Below, piece by piece: positions 37,772 to 46,650 of a stretch of DNA of 64,000 nt. Below the pieces are notes generated by a model, which did not search any database, was not told the origin of the DNA, and saw nothing but the letters and a program-made list of their open reading frames with translations. Made by a program: the position numbers and the translations under genes. This DNA is from an uncultured Gammaproteobacteria bacterium (lineage in GTDB: Bacteria; Patescibacteriota; Patescibacteriia; UBA1558; GWA2-36-10): positions 4,121 to 68,120 of the forward strand of contig CAZWYP010000005.1 in the NCBI GenBank assembly GCA_964638415.1, given 5' to 3'. Each line of letters begins with the position of its first letter. Position 1 is the first letter of the stretch.

Positions 37772-40732
37772 ATGGCTAAATTCGTAATCAGCGCTGACGA
37801 ACAAGCAGTCAGCCGGACCTTAAGCCTTGTCCTCTCCCCCCTACCGAAAGAAAACGGGGTGTTTTTGTGGTGTCTGGAAAATAATAAAGAGGTAAAAAAC
37901 TACTATGACTTGTTGCTCATTTGGCAAGAGCATTGTAACTTAAAAAATAAAATTATTGCCTGGCCAGATAAAGAGATTCCCGATTTAGCCACGCTTTCCG
38001 CTCTCTACCAAAACCAACCAGCTATTATCTTAACCACTGCTAATAATCTTAACCAAGCCATACCTGACTGGCAGCAACTGAAAGACCAGCGGCTTAGCTT
38101 AGAATTAGGACAAATAATAAATCTTCCGGATTTAATACAACAATTAGTATCTTTAGGCTTAAGCCGGGAAAATGAAGCCTGGCATAACCAAACTTTCAGT
38201 GTTAACGGTAGCTTAATTAACCTCTGCCAAAACAATACTCTTTACCGCCTTAATGTCTGGGAAAATAAATTGGAGAATATTAAAGCGATCAATCTTTTAG
38301 ATAATAACACCAGTGAATTAAAAAACTTAAATATCTGGCCGGCTAAAATAGTCCAAACTACCAAGCTTGGCAATAACTGGCCAAACCGCTGCACTCTAAT
38401 CACTGACCAGCCGGAAATTTTAAAATTTAATTTCAGCAGTAATAACATTATCTTTGACAACCTGTCTGTTAAACCGGATTTTAAACTGACTTCAGAAAAC
38501 ATTGACCTGAAGCTAAGCCAAAATGAACAGCTTAAATTCCTTTTAGCTAAACAAGACTGGCAAGTATTCTGGTTTAATAAAAACCAGACTTTAGCTCAAG
38601 AATTAATTAAAAAACAAAAATTAAACATAACTTTACTAAACTGGCAGCAAGGCTTAAGCTGGCCGCGCCCGCAAATATTCCCTGACCAGAAAATCATTGT
38701 CGTTAACGATAATCTGTTTTTCCTAACCGATGAGGAAAAAAGCCAAGCTCCTTTCAAAGAATTCATGCCGGATTTCCAAATTGGCGACTTGGTAGTCCAT
38801 CGGGATCACGGCATCGGCCAATTAGAAAAAATAACCGAGCTGGAAGTTGACGGACTTAAACACGAGTATCTGGTTTTAAGCTATGCAGATAATGACACGC
38901 TTTTTGTACCACTGGATTTGGCAGATAAGGTGGAAAAATATGTGGGACCGGCTAATCCTAAAATAAACCGCTTATCCGTAGGAAATAACTGGCCGCAGAC
39001 TCTGCGGAAAATTAAGGCGGAAACTTGGACACTGGCTAACCAGCTATTGCAAATTGAAGCTGCCCGCAAACTGCACCTTACTCCTTCTTTCACTAAAACT
39101 GACTTATTAAACAAAGTAATAAATGATTTTCCCTACCAAGCCACTCCTTCGCAAGCTCAAGCAATTAATGATGTGCTGCGCGATCTCAAAGCTTCATATC
39201 CCGCTGATCGTTTAATCTGCGGCGATGTCGGTTTTGGCAAAACCGAAGTGGCGTTACGGGCAGCAGCGGTAGTGGCAGACAGTGGCTGGCAAGTAGCCTT
39301 GCTCTGTCCCACTACTATTCTCGCCCAACAGCATTATGATAATTTCACCAGCCGCTTAGAAAAATACCATGTCCGTATTGGCTTGCTTACCCGCTGGCAG
39401 ACAGACAAAGAAATCCAAGAAACCTTGGGTAAAATAAAAAACGGCGAGATAGATATTATCATCGGCACGCACCGCTTGCTGTCTCGGGATATTCAGATTC
39501 CCAAACTGCAATTATTAATCATCGATGAAGAGCAAAACTTCGGTGTAGAAGACAAGGAAAAACTGAAAAAAAGAAAGGCGGAAATCAATGTGCTTACTTT
39601 GTCAGCCACTCCCATTCCCCGCACTTTAAACATGGCACTATCCTTAATTAAAGATATTAGCCTAATCACTCACCCCATTACCGACCGCAAGGACATTATT
39701 ACCCAAGTCTCCCCCACTTCAGATAAAATAATCCAAGAAGCAATTAACAGGGAATTATTAAGAAAAGGCCAGGTGTATTTTCTGCATAACCGGGTGGAAA
39801 CCATTAATTTCGCTTACCAGAAAATTAACAAACTTTTCCCGCAAGCTAAAATTGCTATTGCTCACGGCCAAATGGAAGACAAGGAATTAGCCGAAGTCAT
39901 GCATCAGTTTGACACCGGTAAAATTAATATCCTAATCTGCTCTACCATTATTGCCAATGGCTTGGATATTCCCAATGCCAATACTCTAATTATTACTGAA
40001 GCGGATCGCTTTGGCTTGTCCCAACTTCATCAATTAAGAGGCAGAATTGGCCGGTCCCATAAACAAGCTTTTGCTTACTTTCTATACAATGCTCCTAAAC
40101 TGCCGAAACTTGCTGCTCAGCGCTTAGCGCACTTAAAGCTGGCTTCTGGTTTGGGCGATGGCTTCAAAATCGCCCACCGGGACTTAGAATTAAGAGGAGT
40201 TGGCCAGATCTTAGGCAAGGCTCAGAGCGGTAAAGTAAAAAGCATTGGCTTGGGTCTTTACCAGCAATTAATCGCTGAAACTATTGCTGAACTAAAAGGC
40301 AATAAATACCAAAACTGGCGGGAGGTGGAATTAAAAATTAACTTAGATATTTCCCTGCCGGAAAAATTCTTTAAGTCGCCGGAAGATAAATTATCTTTTT
40401 ACCAAAAGATTGCCAGAATGCATAATCTAGCAGAGCTGGAAGCAATGTCTAAAAAAATTACCAACGAGAATCACCTAAATCTGCTCTGGCTACAAAAAAT
40501 AAAAATATTGTGCCAACAAACTAATATAACTTCCCTTAACACCTACCGGGGACAAGGTAAGGAATTTTTAAGCATTAATTTCCTGCCGCCTTTAAATTAC
40601 CAAGCCGTGGAAAAATTACTGAAAATAAATCCCGCTTGGAAATTTACCGACAGCCAATTAAAAATAGATAAAAGCCAATTAGGTAATAATATAAAATTAG
40701 AGATAGAGAAAGTAATAAGTTTATTCAAATAG
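37772..40732 (+). CDS. mfd: transcription-repair coupling factor
   Basis: RecG-like helicase motifs (GDVGFGKTEVA, DEEQ, LTLSATPIPRTL, HGQM), TRCF/CarD-like domain. 986 aa, with a shortened N-terminal UvrB-homology region. Confidence 0.9.
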   Translation: MAKFVISADEQAVSRTLSLVLSPLPKENGVFLWCLENNKEVKNYYDLLLIWQEHCNLKNKIIAWPDKEIPDLATLSALYQNQPAIILTTANNLNQAIPDWQQLKDQRLSLELGQIINLPDLIQQLVSLGLSRENEAWHNQTFSVNGSLINLCQNNTLYRLNVWENKLENIKAINLLDNNTSELKNLNIWPAKIVQTTKLGNNWPNRCTLITDQPEILKFNFSSNNIIFDNLSVKPDFKLTSENIDLKLSQNEQLKFLLAKQDWQVFWFNKNQTLAQELIKKQKLNITLLNWQQGLSWPRPQIFPDQKIIVVNDNLFFLTDEEKSQAPFKEFMPDFQIGDLVVHRDHGIGQLEKITELEVDGLKHEYLVLSYADNDTLFVPLDLADKVEKYVGPANPKINRLSVGNNWPQTLRKIKAETWTLANQLLQIEAARKLHLTPSFTKTDLLNKVINDFPYQATPSQAQAINDVLRDLKASYPADRLICGDVGFGKTEVALRAAAVVADSGWQVALLCPTTILAQQHYDNFTSRLEKYHVRIGLLTRWQTDKEIQETLGKIKNGEIDIIIGTHRLLSRDIQIPKLQLLIIDEEQNFGVEDKEKLKKRKAEINVLTLSATPIPRTLNMALSLIKDISLITHPITDRKDIITQVSPTSDKIIQEAINRELLRKGQVYFLHNRVETINFAYQKINKLFPQAKIAIAHGQMEDKELAEVMHQFDTGKINILICSTIIANGLDIPNANTLIITEADRFGLSQLHQLRGRIGRSHKQAFAYFLYNAPKLPKLAAQRLAHLKLASGLGDGFKIAHRDLELRGVGQILGKAQSGKVKSIGLGLYQQLIAETIAELKGNKYQNWREVELKINLDISLPEKFFKSPEDKLSFYQKIARMHNLAELEAMSKKITNENHLNLLWLQKIKILCQQTNITSLNTYRGQGKEFLSINFLPPLNYQAVEKLLKINPAWKFTDSQLKIDKSQLGNNIKLEIEKVISLFK

Positions 40733-40765
40733 AAAAGCCGCAACTTCAAGTCACGGCTTTTTTGT
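40733..40765 (+). terminator. Rho-independent terminator after mfd (aaagccg caacttcaagtca cggctttttt)
   Basis: Perfect 7-bp stem plus T6. Confidence 0.55.
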
Positions 40766-40778
40766 TGGCGGAAAAAAC

Positions 40779-41300
40779 TCAATTATCCAAGTATCCGGCA
40801 GCTTCATACAAGCTGTCAAATTTCTGCTTGGCCGGCTGCCAGTACTTCCACGCATCTTCCAGTCTACCTTTGGCGATGGCTATCTTCATGCTCATCTCGG
40901 AATGGATGGCGCTAGGAAAATATTCCGGCGCCCTCAAGGGCAATAGATAGACTGGCGACAACAACTGCTGGGGAAGATTGGAGTAAATAAGACCTGGCGA
41001 CTCGTATAACACATGAAACAGTTCAGTCTCATGCTGAGAGACATCTCTTGCCAGGTGAGCATACTCCGCATTCAAGCCGGGCTCGTCTTCATGACCGAAA
41101 TCAATATCTTGGATTACCACTTTCTGGTATTCCATTATCGCTTCATGGTAATTGATGCCGGCCAGCTCAAAGAACAATAAATGTTCTTGCAGCTGTTGCT
41201 GAGCCTCCTCTTGGTTGTTGCAACCTACCACTCCCAGTAAAGCAAAAAACGTGACAGCGGTAAGAGTAACAAAGCGAAACCAATAAAAAGACTTCTCCAT
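40779..41300 (-). CDS. putative lipoprotein of unknown function
   Basis: Start at ATG 41300 with an AAGGAGGTG RBS. Signal peptide with lipobox LLGVVGC. GC ~47%. Confidence 0.45.
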   Translation of the reverse strand: MEKSFYWFRFVTLTAVTFFALLGVVGCNNQEEAQQQLQEHLLFFELAGINYHEAIMEYQKVVIQDIDFGHEDEPGLNAEYAHLARDVSQHETELFHVLYESPGLIYSNLPQQLLSPVYLLPLRAPEYFPSAIHSEMSMKIAIAKGRLEDAWKYWQPAKQKFDSLYEAAGYLDN

Positions 41301-41408
41301 CTCACACCTCCTTAAGGCATGTTTGTGTATGGTGCTAATTAACAATGCTTTATATCATAAAACATCATAATTGTCAACTATAAATAAATATGTTAAATTT
41401 ACTCTACT

Positions 41409-41855
41409 ATGCCTATTCTAGCCCACAACAAGCGAGCAACCTTTGACTATCAGATTGAAGAAGAATTTGAAGCTGGCTTAAAATTGTCCGGGGCGGAAGT
41501 AAAAGCCGCTAAATTAGGACATATTAGCCTACAAGGCAGTTTTGTGACTATCCGGCATAATGAAGCCTGGTTAAGAAAAATGCATATTTCCCCTTATCAG
41601 AAAGCTAGTGGACAGCAAGTAGGCTATGAACCGGAACATGATCGCAAGCTACTGCTAAAGAAGAAAGAAATAGCCCATTTAACAGGAAAAATCCACGAAA
41701 AAGGCTTGACAGTAATACCCATTTCAGTGTATACTACGCGCAGGTTAATTAAAGTAAAAATTGCTTTAGTTAAGCCGACTAAGAAGTTTGACAAGCGTCA
41801 AATCATTAAAAAACGCGATTTAGATCGCGAAATAGCTCGCCATTTGAAAAATTAA
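41409..41855 (+). CDS. smpB: SsrA-binding protein
   Basis: SmpB N-terminus (KRATFDYQIEEEFEAGLKLSGAEVK) and basic C-terminal tail. Confidence 0.9.
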   Translation: MPILAHNKRATFDYQIEEEFEAGLKLSGAEVKAAKLGHISLQGSFVTIRHNEAWLRKMHISPYQKASGQQVGYEPEHDRKLLLKKKEIAHLTGKIHEKGLTVIPISVYTTRRLIKVKIALVKPTKKFDKRQIIKKRDLDREIARHLKN

Positions 41856-41882
41856 ATACTTTTATGCATTATTATTTTATGC

Positions 41883-42264
41883 GGGGATGTTTTATCTTCG
41901 CTGGCAATTAAAATAATAAATCGCAAGCTGAGCCGATCACCTCATAAAACTGGTCATTAAATTAAGTGCCAAAAACTTAGTTGCGAAAGCCAAAGAACTT
42001 TTCCAGGTTCCTCAACTTTCACCAGTCTTAGCTTAAGTGCTCAAGACCGTCTCTTAAGGCTTGTTTGGGGCTTTAAGTCAGGCGTCATTTTCCAAACTTA
42101 GAAATGCTTAATGGCCGGTGAGCATTTCAAAAACTTTCGGCCTGCAATTAGTAGTGTTTTGCTGGTTTTAGAGCTATTAATCAAAGTGGAAAAAACCAAC
42201 TAAGCTTGTAGAAGTTTGTTAGGCTAATTGTTAGACAGGGGCGCAATCCCCCTCATCTCCACCA
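41883..42264 (+). ncRNA. ssrA: tmRNA (SsrA), ~382 nt
   Basis: 5' GGGGAUG pairs with 3' CAUCUCC-A-CCA (acceptor stem, discriminator, CCA). T-arm-like AGGGG-cgcaauc-CCCCU sits just upstream of the 3' end. An in-frame tag-like reading frame ...AKAKELFQVPQLSPVLA-TAA lies at ~41968-42036. Directly downstream of smpB, and followed by a hairpin at ~42272-42288. Confidence 0.7.
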
Positions 42265-42300
42265 CTCAAGAAGCGGTCTAAAGCCGCTAACGGGGACCAA

Positions 42301-42870
42301 ATTATCATTAACCAAAAAAATATAAATAACTATTTCCAAAACCGCCAAGCGTCAAATAACCGACGCTATCGGATCAACCAATTCATTCGCGTACCGGAAG
42401 TGGTCGTTATTGACGAGAACGGCAATAATTTAGGCGCAATGCCGACCAGCCAAGCTTTACAGCTGGCGGAAGCAAGAGAATTGGACCTAATTGAAGTTTC
42501 GCCACTAGCTCAACCACCAGTTTGCCGCATTACTGACTACGGAAAATTCCAATACCAACAAAGCCGCAGCCAGCAAAAAGCCAAGCAGCATATTAAAAAG
42601 GTTGAAGTTAAAGGCGTTCGTCTGTCTTTCAAGATCGGAGAGCATGATCTGGAAGTTAGGCGCAAACAAACAGAAAAATTCCTGGAACAGGGGCATAAAG
42701 TAAGAATAGAAATGCGCCTGAGAGGAAGGGAAAAATCCCCGGCTTTTAGGGAAAAAACCAGGGAAGTGATTCATAAATTTATTTCCGGACTAAGTATTGA
42801 AGTCAAAACGGAAAAAGCAATGGATCAAATGGGCGGCACTATTACTATCATGATCAGTAAAAAACAATAA
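42301..42870 (+). CDS. infC: translation initiation factor IF-3 (probably initiating at a non-AUG ATT/ATA codon)
   Basis: The track ORF starts at a GTG (42400) inside the conserved N-domain. The frame is open upstream and encodes ...NRQASNNRRYRINQFIRVPEVVVIDENG, which aligns with E. coli IF3 residues [23 protein letters not shown]. In-frame ATT at 42301 and 42307 and ATA at 42322; GGGGA lies 4 nt before 42301. Confidence 0.75.
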   Translation: MIINQKNINNYFQNRQASNNRRYRINQFIRVPEVVVIDENGNNLGAMPTSQALQLAEARELDLIEVSPLAQPPVCRITDYGKFQYQQSRSQQKAKQHIKKVEVKGVRLSFKIGEHDLEVRRKQTEKFLEQGHKVRIEMRLRGREKSPAFREKTREVIHKFISGLSIEVKTEKAMDQMGGTITIMISKKQ

Positions 42871-42874
42871 TCTT

Positions 42875-43069
42875 ATGAAATTGAAGACTAAAAAAGCTTT
42901 GAAGAAAAGAGTAAAAATTACCGGACGCAAGAAAGTGATGATCCGTACCGGTGGTCAGGACCATTTTAATTCCCGCGAAAGCGGCAAAGTCACCCGCAAT
43001 AAAAGACGGGATAAATCCATTGCTGATGTTAATGTAAAAAACGTTAAGCAATTATTGCCTTATTTATAA
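42875..43069 (+). CDS. rpmI: 50S ribosomal protein L35
   Basis: MKLKTKKALKKRVKITGRKKVM matches L35; position in the infC-rpmI-rplT operon. Confidence 0.85.
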   Translation: MKLKTKKALKKRVKITGRKKVMIRTGGQDHFNSRESGKVTRNKRRDKSIADVNVKNVKQLLPYL

Positions 43070-43089
43070 ACCAGCATTAACAAAATACT

Positions 43090-43434
43090 ATGCCTAGAGT
43101 CAAAAGAGGAACTAGTCACGTTAAGAGACGAAAAAACTTATTAAAGAAAACCAAGGGATATAACTGGGGACGCAAGAAATTAGTCCGCTTAGCTTCTACC
43201 GCTGTTAAAAAAGCCGGCCAGCATGCTTTGCGCGACCGCCGCAAAAAGAAAAGAACTGCCCGCGCTTTATGGCAGACTAAGATAAACGCTGCTGTCCGTG
43301 AGCATAGCCTAACCTACTCCCGCTTTATCGATGCCTTGAAAAAATCAGGCAGTGAGCTAGACCGCAAAGTCTTAGCTCAATTAGCTGAAAAGCATCAAGC
43401 AGCTTTTGCTAATTTACTCAAAACTTTAAAATAA
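43090..43434 (+). CDS. rplT: 50S ribosomal protein L20
   Basis: MPRVKRGTSHVKRRKNLLKKTKGY matches L20. Confidence 0.9.
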   Translation: MPRVKRGTSHVKRRKNLLKKTKGYNWGRKKLVRLASTAVKKAGQHALRDRRKKKRTARALWQTKINAAVREHSLTYSRFIDALKKSGSELDRKVLAQLAEKHQAAFANLLKTLK

Positions 43435-43442
43435 TCTCAACG

Positions 43443-43480
43443 AAAAAAGCCGTTTCGCAATAAGCGAAGCGGCTTTTAAG
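43443..43480. terminator. Bidirectional terminator hairpin (aaaaagccgtttcgc aataa gcgaagcggctttt)
   Basis: Stem of ~13 bp with one bulge, between the rplT stop and the convergent membrane-protein gene. Confidence 0.55.
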
Positions 43481-43496
43481 TTGATCCTGAAAAGAA

Positions 43497-44081
43497 TCAG
43501 TTGGAATTTTCTTCCAGTTTGAGCTTGGCAAAATGGCCAGCGCGGATGTCAGCAACAAAGCAAGCAACATAGCCAGCAACACCAACCCAGAAAAGAAAGG
43601 CAGGAAATCCAGACAGCAAATCAGTGTAGAAGTAGTGCCAGAGACAAAAAGTTGCGACTGCTACTCCGAAACCATGGTAGAAGGAGTGAAATGTTCCGCC
43701 CCAACTAACCTTTCCAGCTTTCGGAAATCCCCAGTCAGGTTTATGCCTCTTATCTTTCGTACACATCTTACTGAACAGGCTTGAATCAACACAGAAGATG
43801 ATCACGAACACTACAGTGTTGAAAAATGTTATAGCCCCTGGCGCAAACAACAGCAAGTGCCAGAAAGCTATGAACATACCGTTCAAGAACACCGTGTCAC
43901 CAATTCTCTGCGCGTGGAAATCCTGCCAGTGCAGGAATTCCTGGCGCGTGCCGGGAATGATGCTTCCGCGCTCAGCAATCTTTCCCTTAGCCAGCTCAAG
44001 CTGCTGGATAAGGAAGTTTATGGCGATAACCGCCAAATTCAAGAAGATGACCGTCAGCGTCAATGGAAATGAAAATTCCAT
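43497..44081 (-). CDS. integral membrane protein of unknown function
   Basis: 5-6 predicted TM helices; Trp/His-rich loops. GC ~47%. Confidence 0.4.
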   Translation of the reverse strand: MEFSFPLTLTVIFLNLAVIAINFLIQQLELAKGKIAERGSIIPGTRQEFLHWQDFHAQRIGDTVFLNGMFIAFWHLLLFAPGAITFFNTVVFVIIFCVDSSLFSKMCTKDKRHKPDWGFPKAGKVSWGGTFHSFYHGFGVAVATFCLWHYFYTDLLSGFPAFLFWVGVAGYVACFVADIRAGHFAKLKLEENSN

Positions 44082-44199
44082 TGAAAAACTCCTTATTTTA
44101 AGTTATAGAGAACGATTAACTAATTACTATATATTAGCATATTTTCATATTTTTGTCAATAGTATACCAAAATACCCTATTTTACCATATAATTAAACT

Positions 44200-44829
44200 A
44201 TGAAAAGACTAATAATAATTAGCTTTATTAGCATTATCCTTACTGGCTGTTTCAACCAAAATAGCCAAGTAAACACCAATATCGAATCCAATGACTTCAG
44301 CAATAACCCTACGGATAATGCCCCTATAGAGTCATTTCACCCTCCCCTAACTCTGGTCAAGGAAAGAATAACCAAAAAACCTTTTGGCTTGAAAGTGTCG
44401 CCACAGAATTCTCCTGTAAAGCCGGAAATTTTTTCCGGCTATCATACAGGCACGGACTTTGAAATTTTCCCGGAAGAAGCAGATTTAGCCACTCCTGTTT
44501 CAGCCATTTGCGATGGTAAAATAATCTCCGCTAGAAATGCCAGTGGCTATGGCGGCGTAGTAATACAATCCTGTGAATATAACAATGAACCAATTACTGT
44601 TGTTTACGGACATTTGTCTTTAAGCAGTCTGCTTAAAGAAGCTGGCGAGGATATTAAAGCTGGAGAATATTTAGCTAATTTAGGTGATGGCTATTCTCTA
44701 GAAACAGATAATGAAAGAAAACATCTGCACTTAGGCATTCACTTAGGAACAGAGATAAATATCAAAGGCTATGTGCAGAATGAATCGGAGTTATCTCAAT
44801 GGCTGGATTACCAAAAAATAAACAATTAA
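44200..44829 (+). CDS. M23-family metallopeptidase lipoprotein (LytM-like)
   Basis: Lipobox ILTGC. M23 motifs HTGTDFE...(D) and VYGHLS. Confidence 0.7.
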   Translation: MKRLIIISFISIILTGCFNQNSQVNTNIESNDFSNNPTDNAPIESFHPPLTLVKERITKKPFGLKVSPQNSPVKPEIFSGYHTGTDFEIFPEEADLATPVSAICDGKIISARNASGYGGVVIQSCEYNNEPITVVYGHLSLSSLLKEAGEDIKAGEYLANLGDGYSLETDNERKHLHLGIHLGTEINIKGYVQNESELSQWLDYQKINN

Positions 44830-44866
44830 AAAATCACCACATAATAGCGGTGATTTTTTAATTAGC

Positions 44867-45097
44867 TTACATGCCAGTAGTTTTCATACCGCCTTTGTCG
44901 CAAACCTTACAATTACCCTTGTGAGTAAATAATTCATAGAGAGCGGAAAGACCTACCAAGATATAAATTATTCTGGCTGGCCACATATCCATACCGCCAA
45001 TCCAAGCACCGACATCAGTCATAAAAATACCATAAAGCAACCAATTCAAGCCGCCGATGACCAGCAGGATAAAGGTTATCATATGTATTCCTTTCAT
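44867..45097 (-). CDS. DUF378 small membrane protein
   Basis: IGGLNWLLYG motif typical of DUF378; two TM helices; C-terminal Cys pair. Confidence 0.5.
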   Translation of the reverse strand: MKGIHMITFILLVIGGLNWLLYGIFMTDVGAWIGGMDMWPARIIYILVGLSALYELFTHKGNCKVCDKGGMKTTGM

Positions 45098-45169
45098 ATT
45101 CTCACCTCCTCTCTCTGTCTTGATTAACCTAATTTAAGTATATTATATTGGCTAATTTAAGTCAAAACA

Positions 45170-46120
45170 CTAAGGTATTAATTCACTCCAAGCGCAATTA
45201 GCTATTTCCTGATTACAATTATACCTAACTTTTCTGGTAGCATTAGTGGTAGAAGCTGTAGCCTGGATATTGGAATTGCATTGCACTTCTTCGCCACAAC
45301 CTTCTGGCCAAGGGGTAATCACTAAATTAGCGTCATCAAAGCTGAAATCCATTGCCGATTGTACCGTATGCCTTTCCGCAAAATAAATCTCTACAATATT
45401 ATCTCCAGCTCGCAAAAACAAAGTTCCAACTTCCGGAGTATTAGCATGGGTACCACTATTATTCACCACCACAATGCCATTAACTAAAATCCAACTATCA
45501 TCATCCGAAGCCAGACTAAAGCCATAATTGCCGTCAATAGGAGCTGTCACTCTAGCCCGCCAATGCATACCAAAATGGTAATCATGATTATACCCCTCCA
45601 TATTTTCCCAAACCGTGCCGTCATACGGATACCAAGAGCTGCCAAATAATAAATCCGCATCAATCTGCTCGTGGGTTTTGTAAATATCATCATACCAATC
45701 ATGCTCAGTAGGTGTTGGTGTGGGGCCGGGATAAGGATTAACTTCCATATCTGGATGGGTGACGGAATAATTAAACCATTCTCCCCACCAGCCGGAATCC
45801 GGAACATACTGACACTCGGGAATCGGCTGGCAAGCACCTTCTTCTTCAACAAATTCGCTACTGACCGGAATACTATCCACGCTTAAAATTGGAAAGGTAT
45901 AATTATTATGATCTCTTCTTAACTGCATTAAAGACTCTCCTACTCCCGATTCAGCCGCATAAAAACTCTGGATAGAATCAGAAAAAGAATTAAAGCTTTC
46001 TTTGGTATTTAAAAAAATATGCATCAAGGACAACACAATGGATAAAATCCCTCCGGTAATTAACAAGGCGGCAACCAAAACCGCTGCTCCTGATTCAGAT
46101 TGTCTTATTCGTTTAATCAT
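45170..46120 (-). CDS. prepilin-like minor pilin (GspK/PilX-like, lacking Glu+5) fused to a C-terminal PA14 domain
   Basis: N-terminal MIKRIRQSESG|AAVLVAALLITGG hydrophobic helix without Glu at +5. C-terminal FSLASDDDSWILVNGIVVVNNSGTH...GDNIVEIYFAE matches the PA14 core. Last gene of the pilus operon (ATGA overlap). Confidence 0.5.
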   Translation of the reverse strand: MIKRIRQSESGAAVLVAALLITGGILSIVLSLMHIFLNTKESFNSFSDSIQSFYAAESGVGESLMQLRRDHNNYTFPILSVDSIPVSSEFVEEEGACQPIPECQYVPDSGWWGEWFNYSVTHPDMEVNPYPGPTPTPTEHDWYDDIYKTHEQIDADLLFGSSWYPYDGTVWENMEGYNHDYHFGMHWRARVTAPIDGNYGFSLASDDDSWILVNGIVVVNNSGTHANTPEVGTLFLRAGDNIVEIYFAERHTVQSAMDFSFDDANLVITPWPEGCGEEVQCNSNIQATASTTNATRKVRYNCNQEIANCAWSELIP

Positions 46121-46650
46121 CTTAAGCTAAAAAATACTTCAAATTGCTTTTGGTAATACCCATAAAATTCTTCGGGCTGTCCGACGGTTAAAGTAAAGTT
46201 AATCAAAACCCCCTGATTGGCATTGCCTTCACTATCGGCAACAGTGTCAATAGCAAAGTCAGAGACTGCTACCTGATCATTATTTAAAACTACTGGCTCC
46301 GCGGTAGACTGTTCAGGAAATCCAGTACCAGTATCTTGGACCTCCTGGTAAACTAAATCATTATTCTCTAATTTTAAACTAAAACGCTTATCTGGAATCT
46401 GGTAAAAATGCCAACCTTCTGGTGCCGGGGAAACATCATCTATTAAATCAACGTTATGCACTTTATTGTTCAATAAATTAATAATAAACCGGCCATTGCT
46501 CTGAACTAGATCGGCAGCACGGAATTGACGTCGGGTATTGAAAACATTAATAGCTACCGAAGCGATTACCAAAAGTAATAAGCCCATGATCATAAGATAC
46601 AAGAGTGTTTCTAATAAAGAAAATCCTTGTTGTCTATTTATCTTCATCAT
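46117..46650 (-). CDS. type IV prepilin-like minor pilin / pseudopilin
   Basis: Class III signal MMKINRQQG|FSLLETL with Glu+5; 177 aa. Confidence 0.55.
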   Translation of the reverse strand: MMKINRQQGFSLLETLLYLMIMGLLLLVIASVAINVFNTRRQFRAADLVQSNGRFIINLLNNKVHNVDLIDDVSPAPEGWHFYQIPDKRFSLKLENNDLVYQEVQDTGTGFPEQSTAEPVVLNNDQVAVSDFAIDTVADSEGNANQGVLINFTLTVGQPEEFYGYYQKQFEVFFSLR

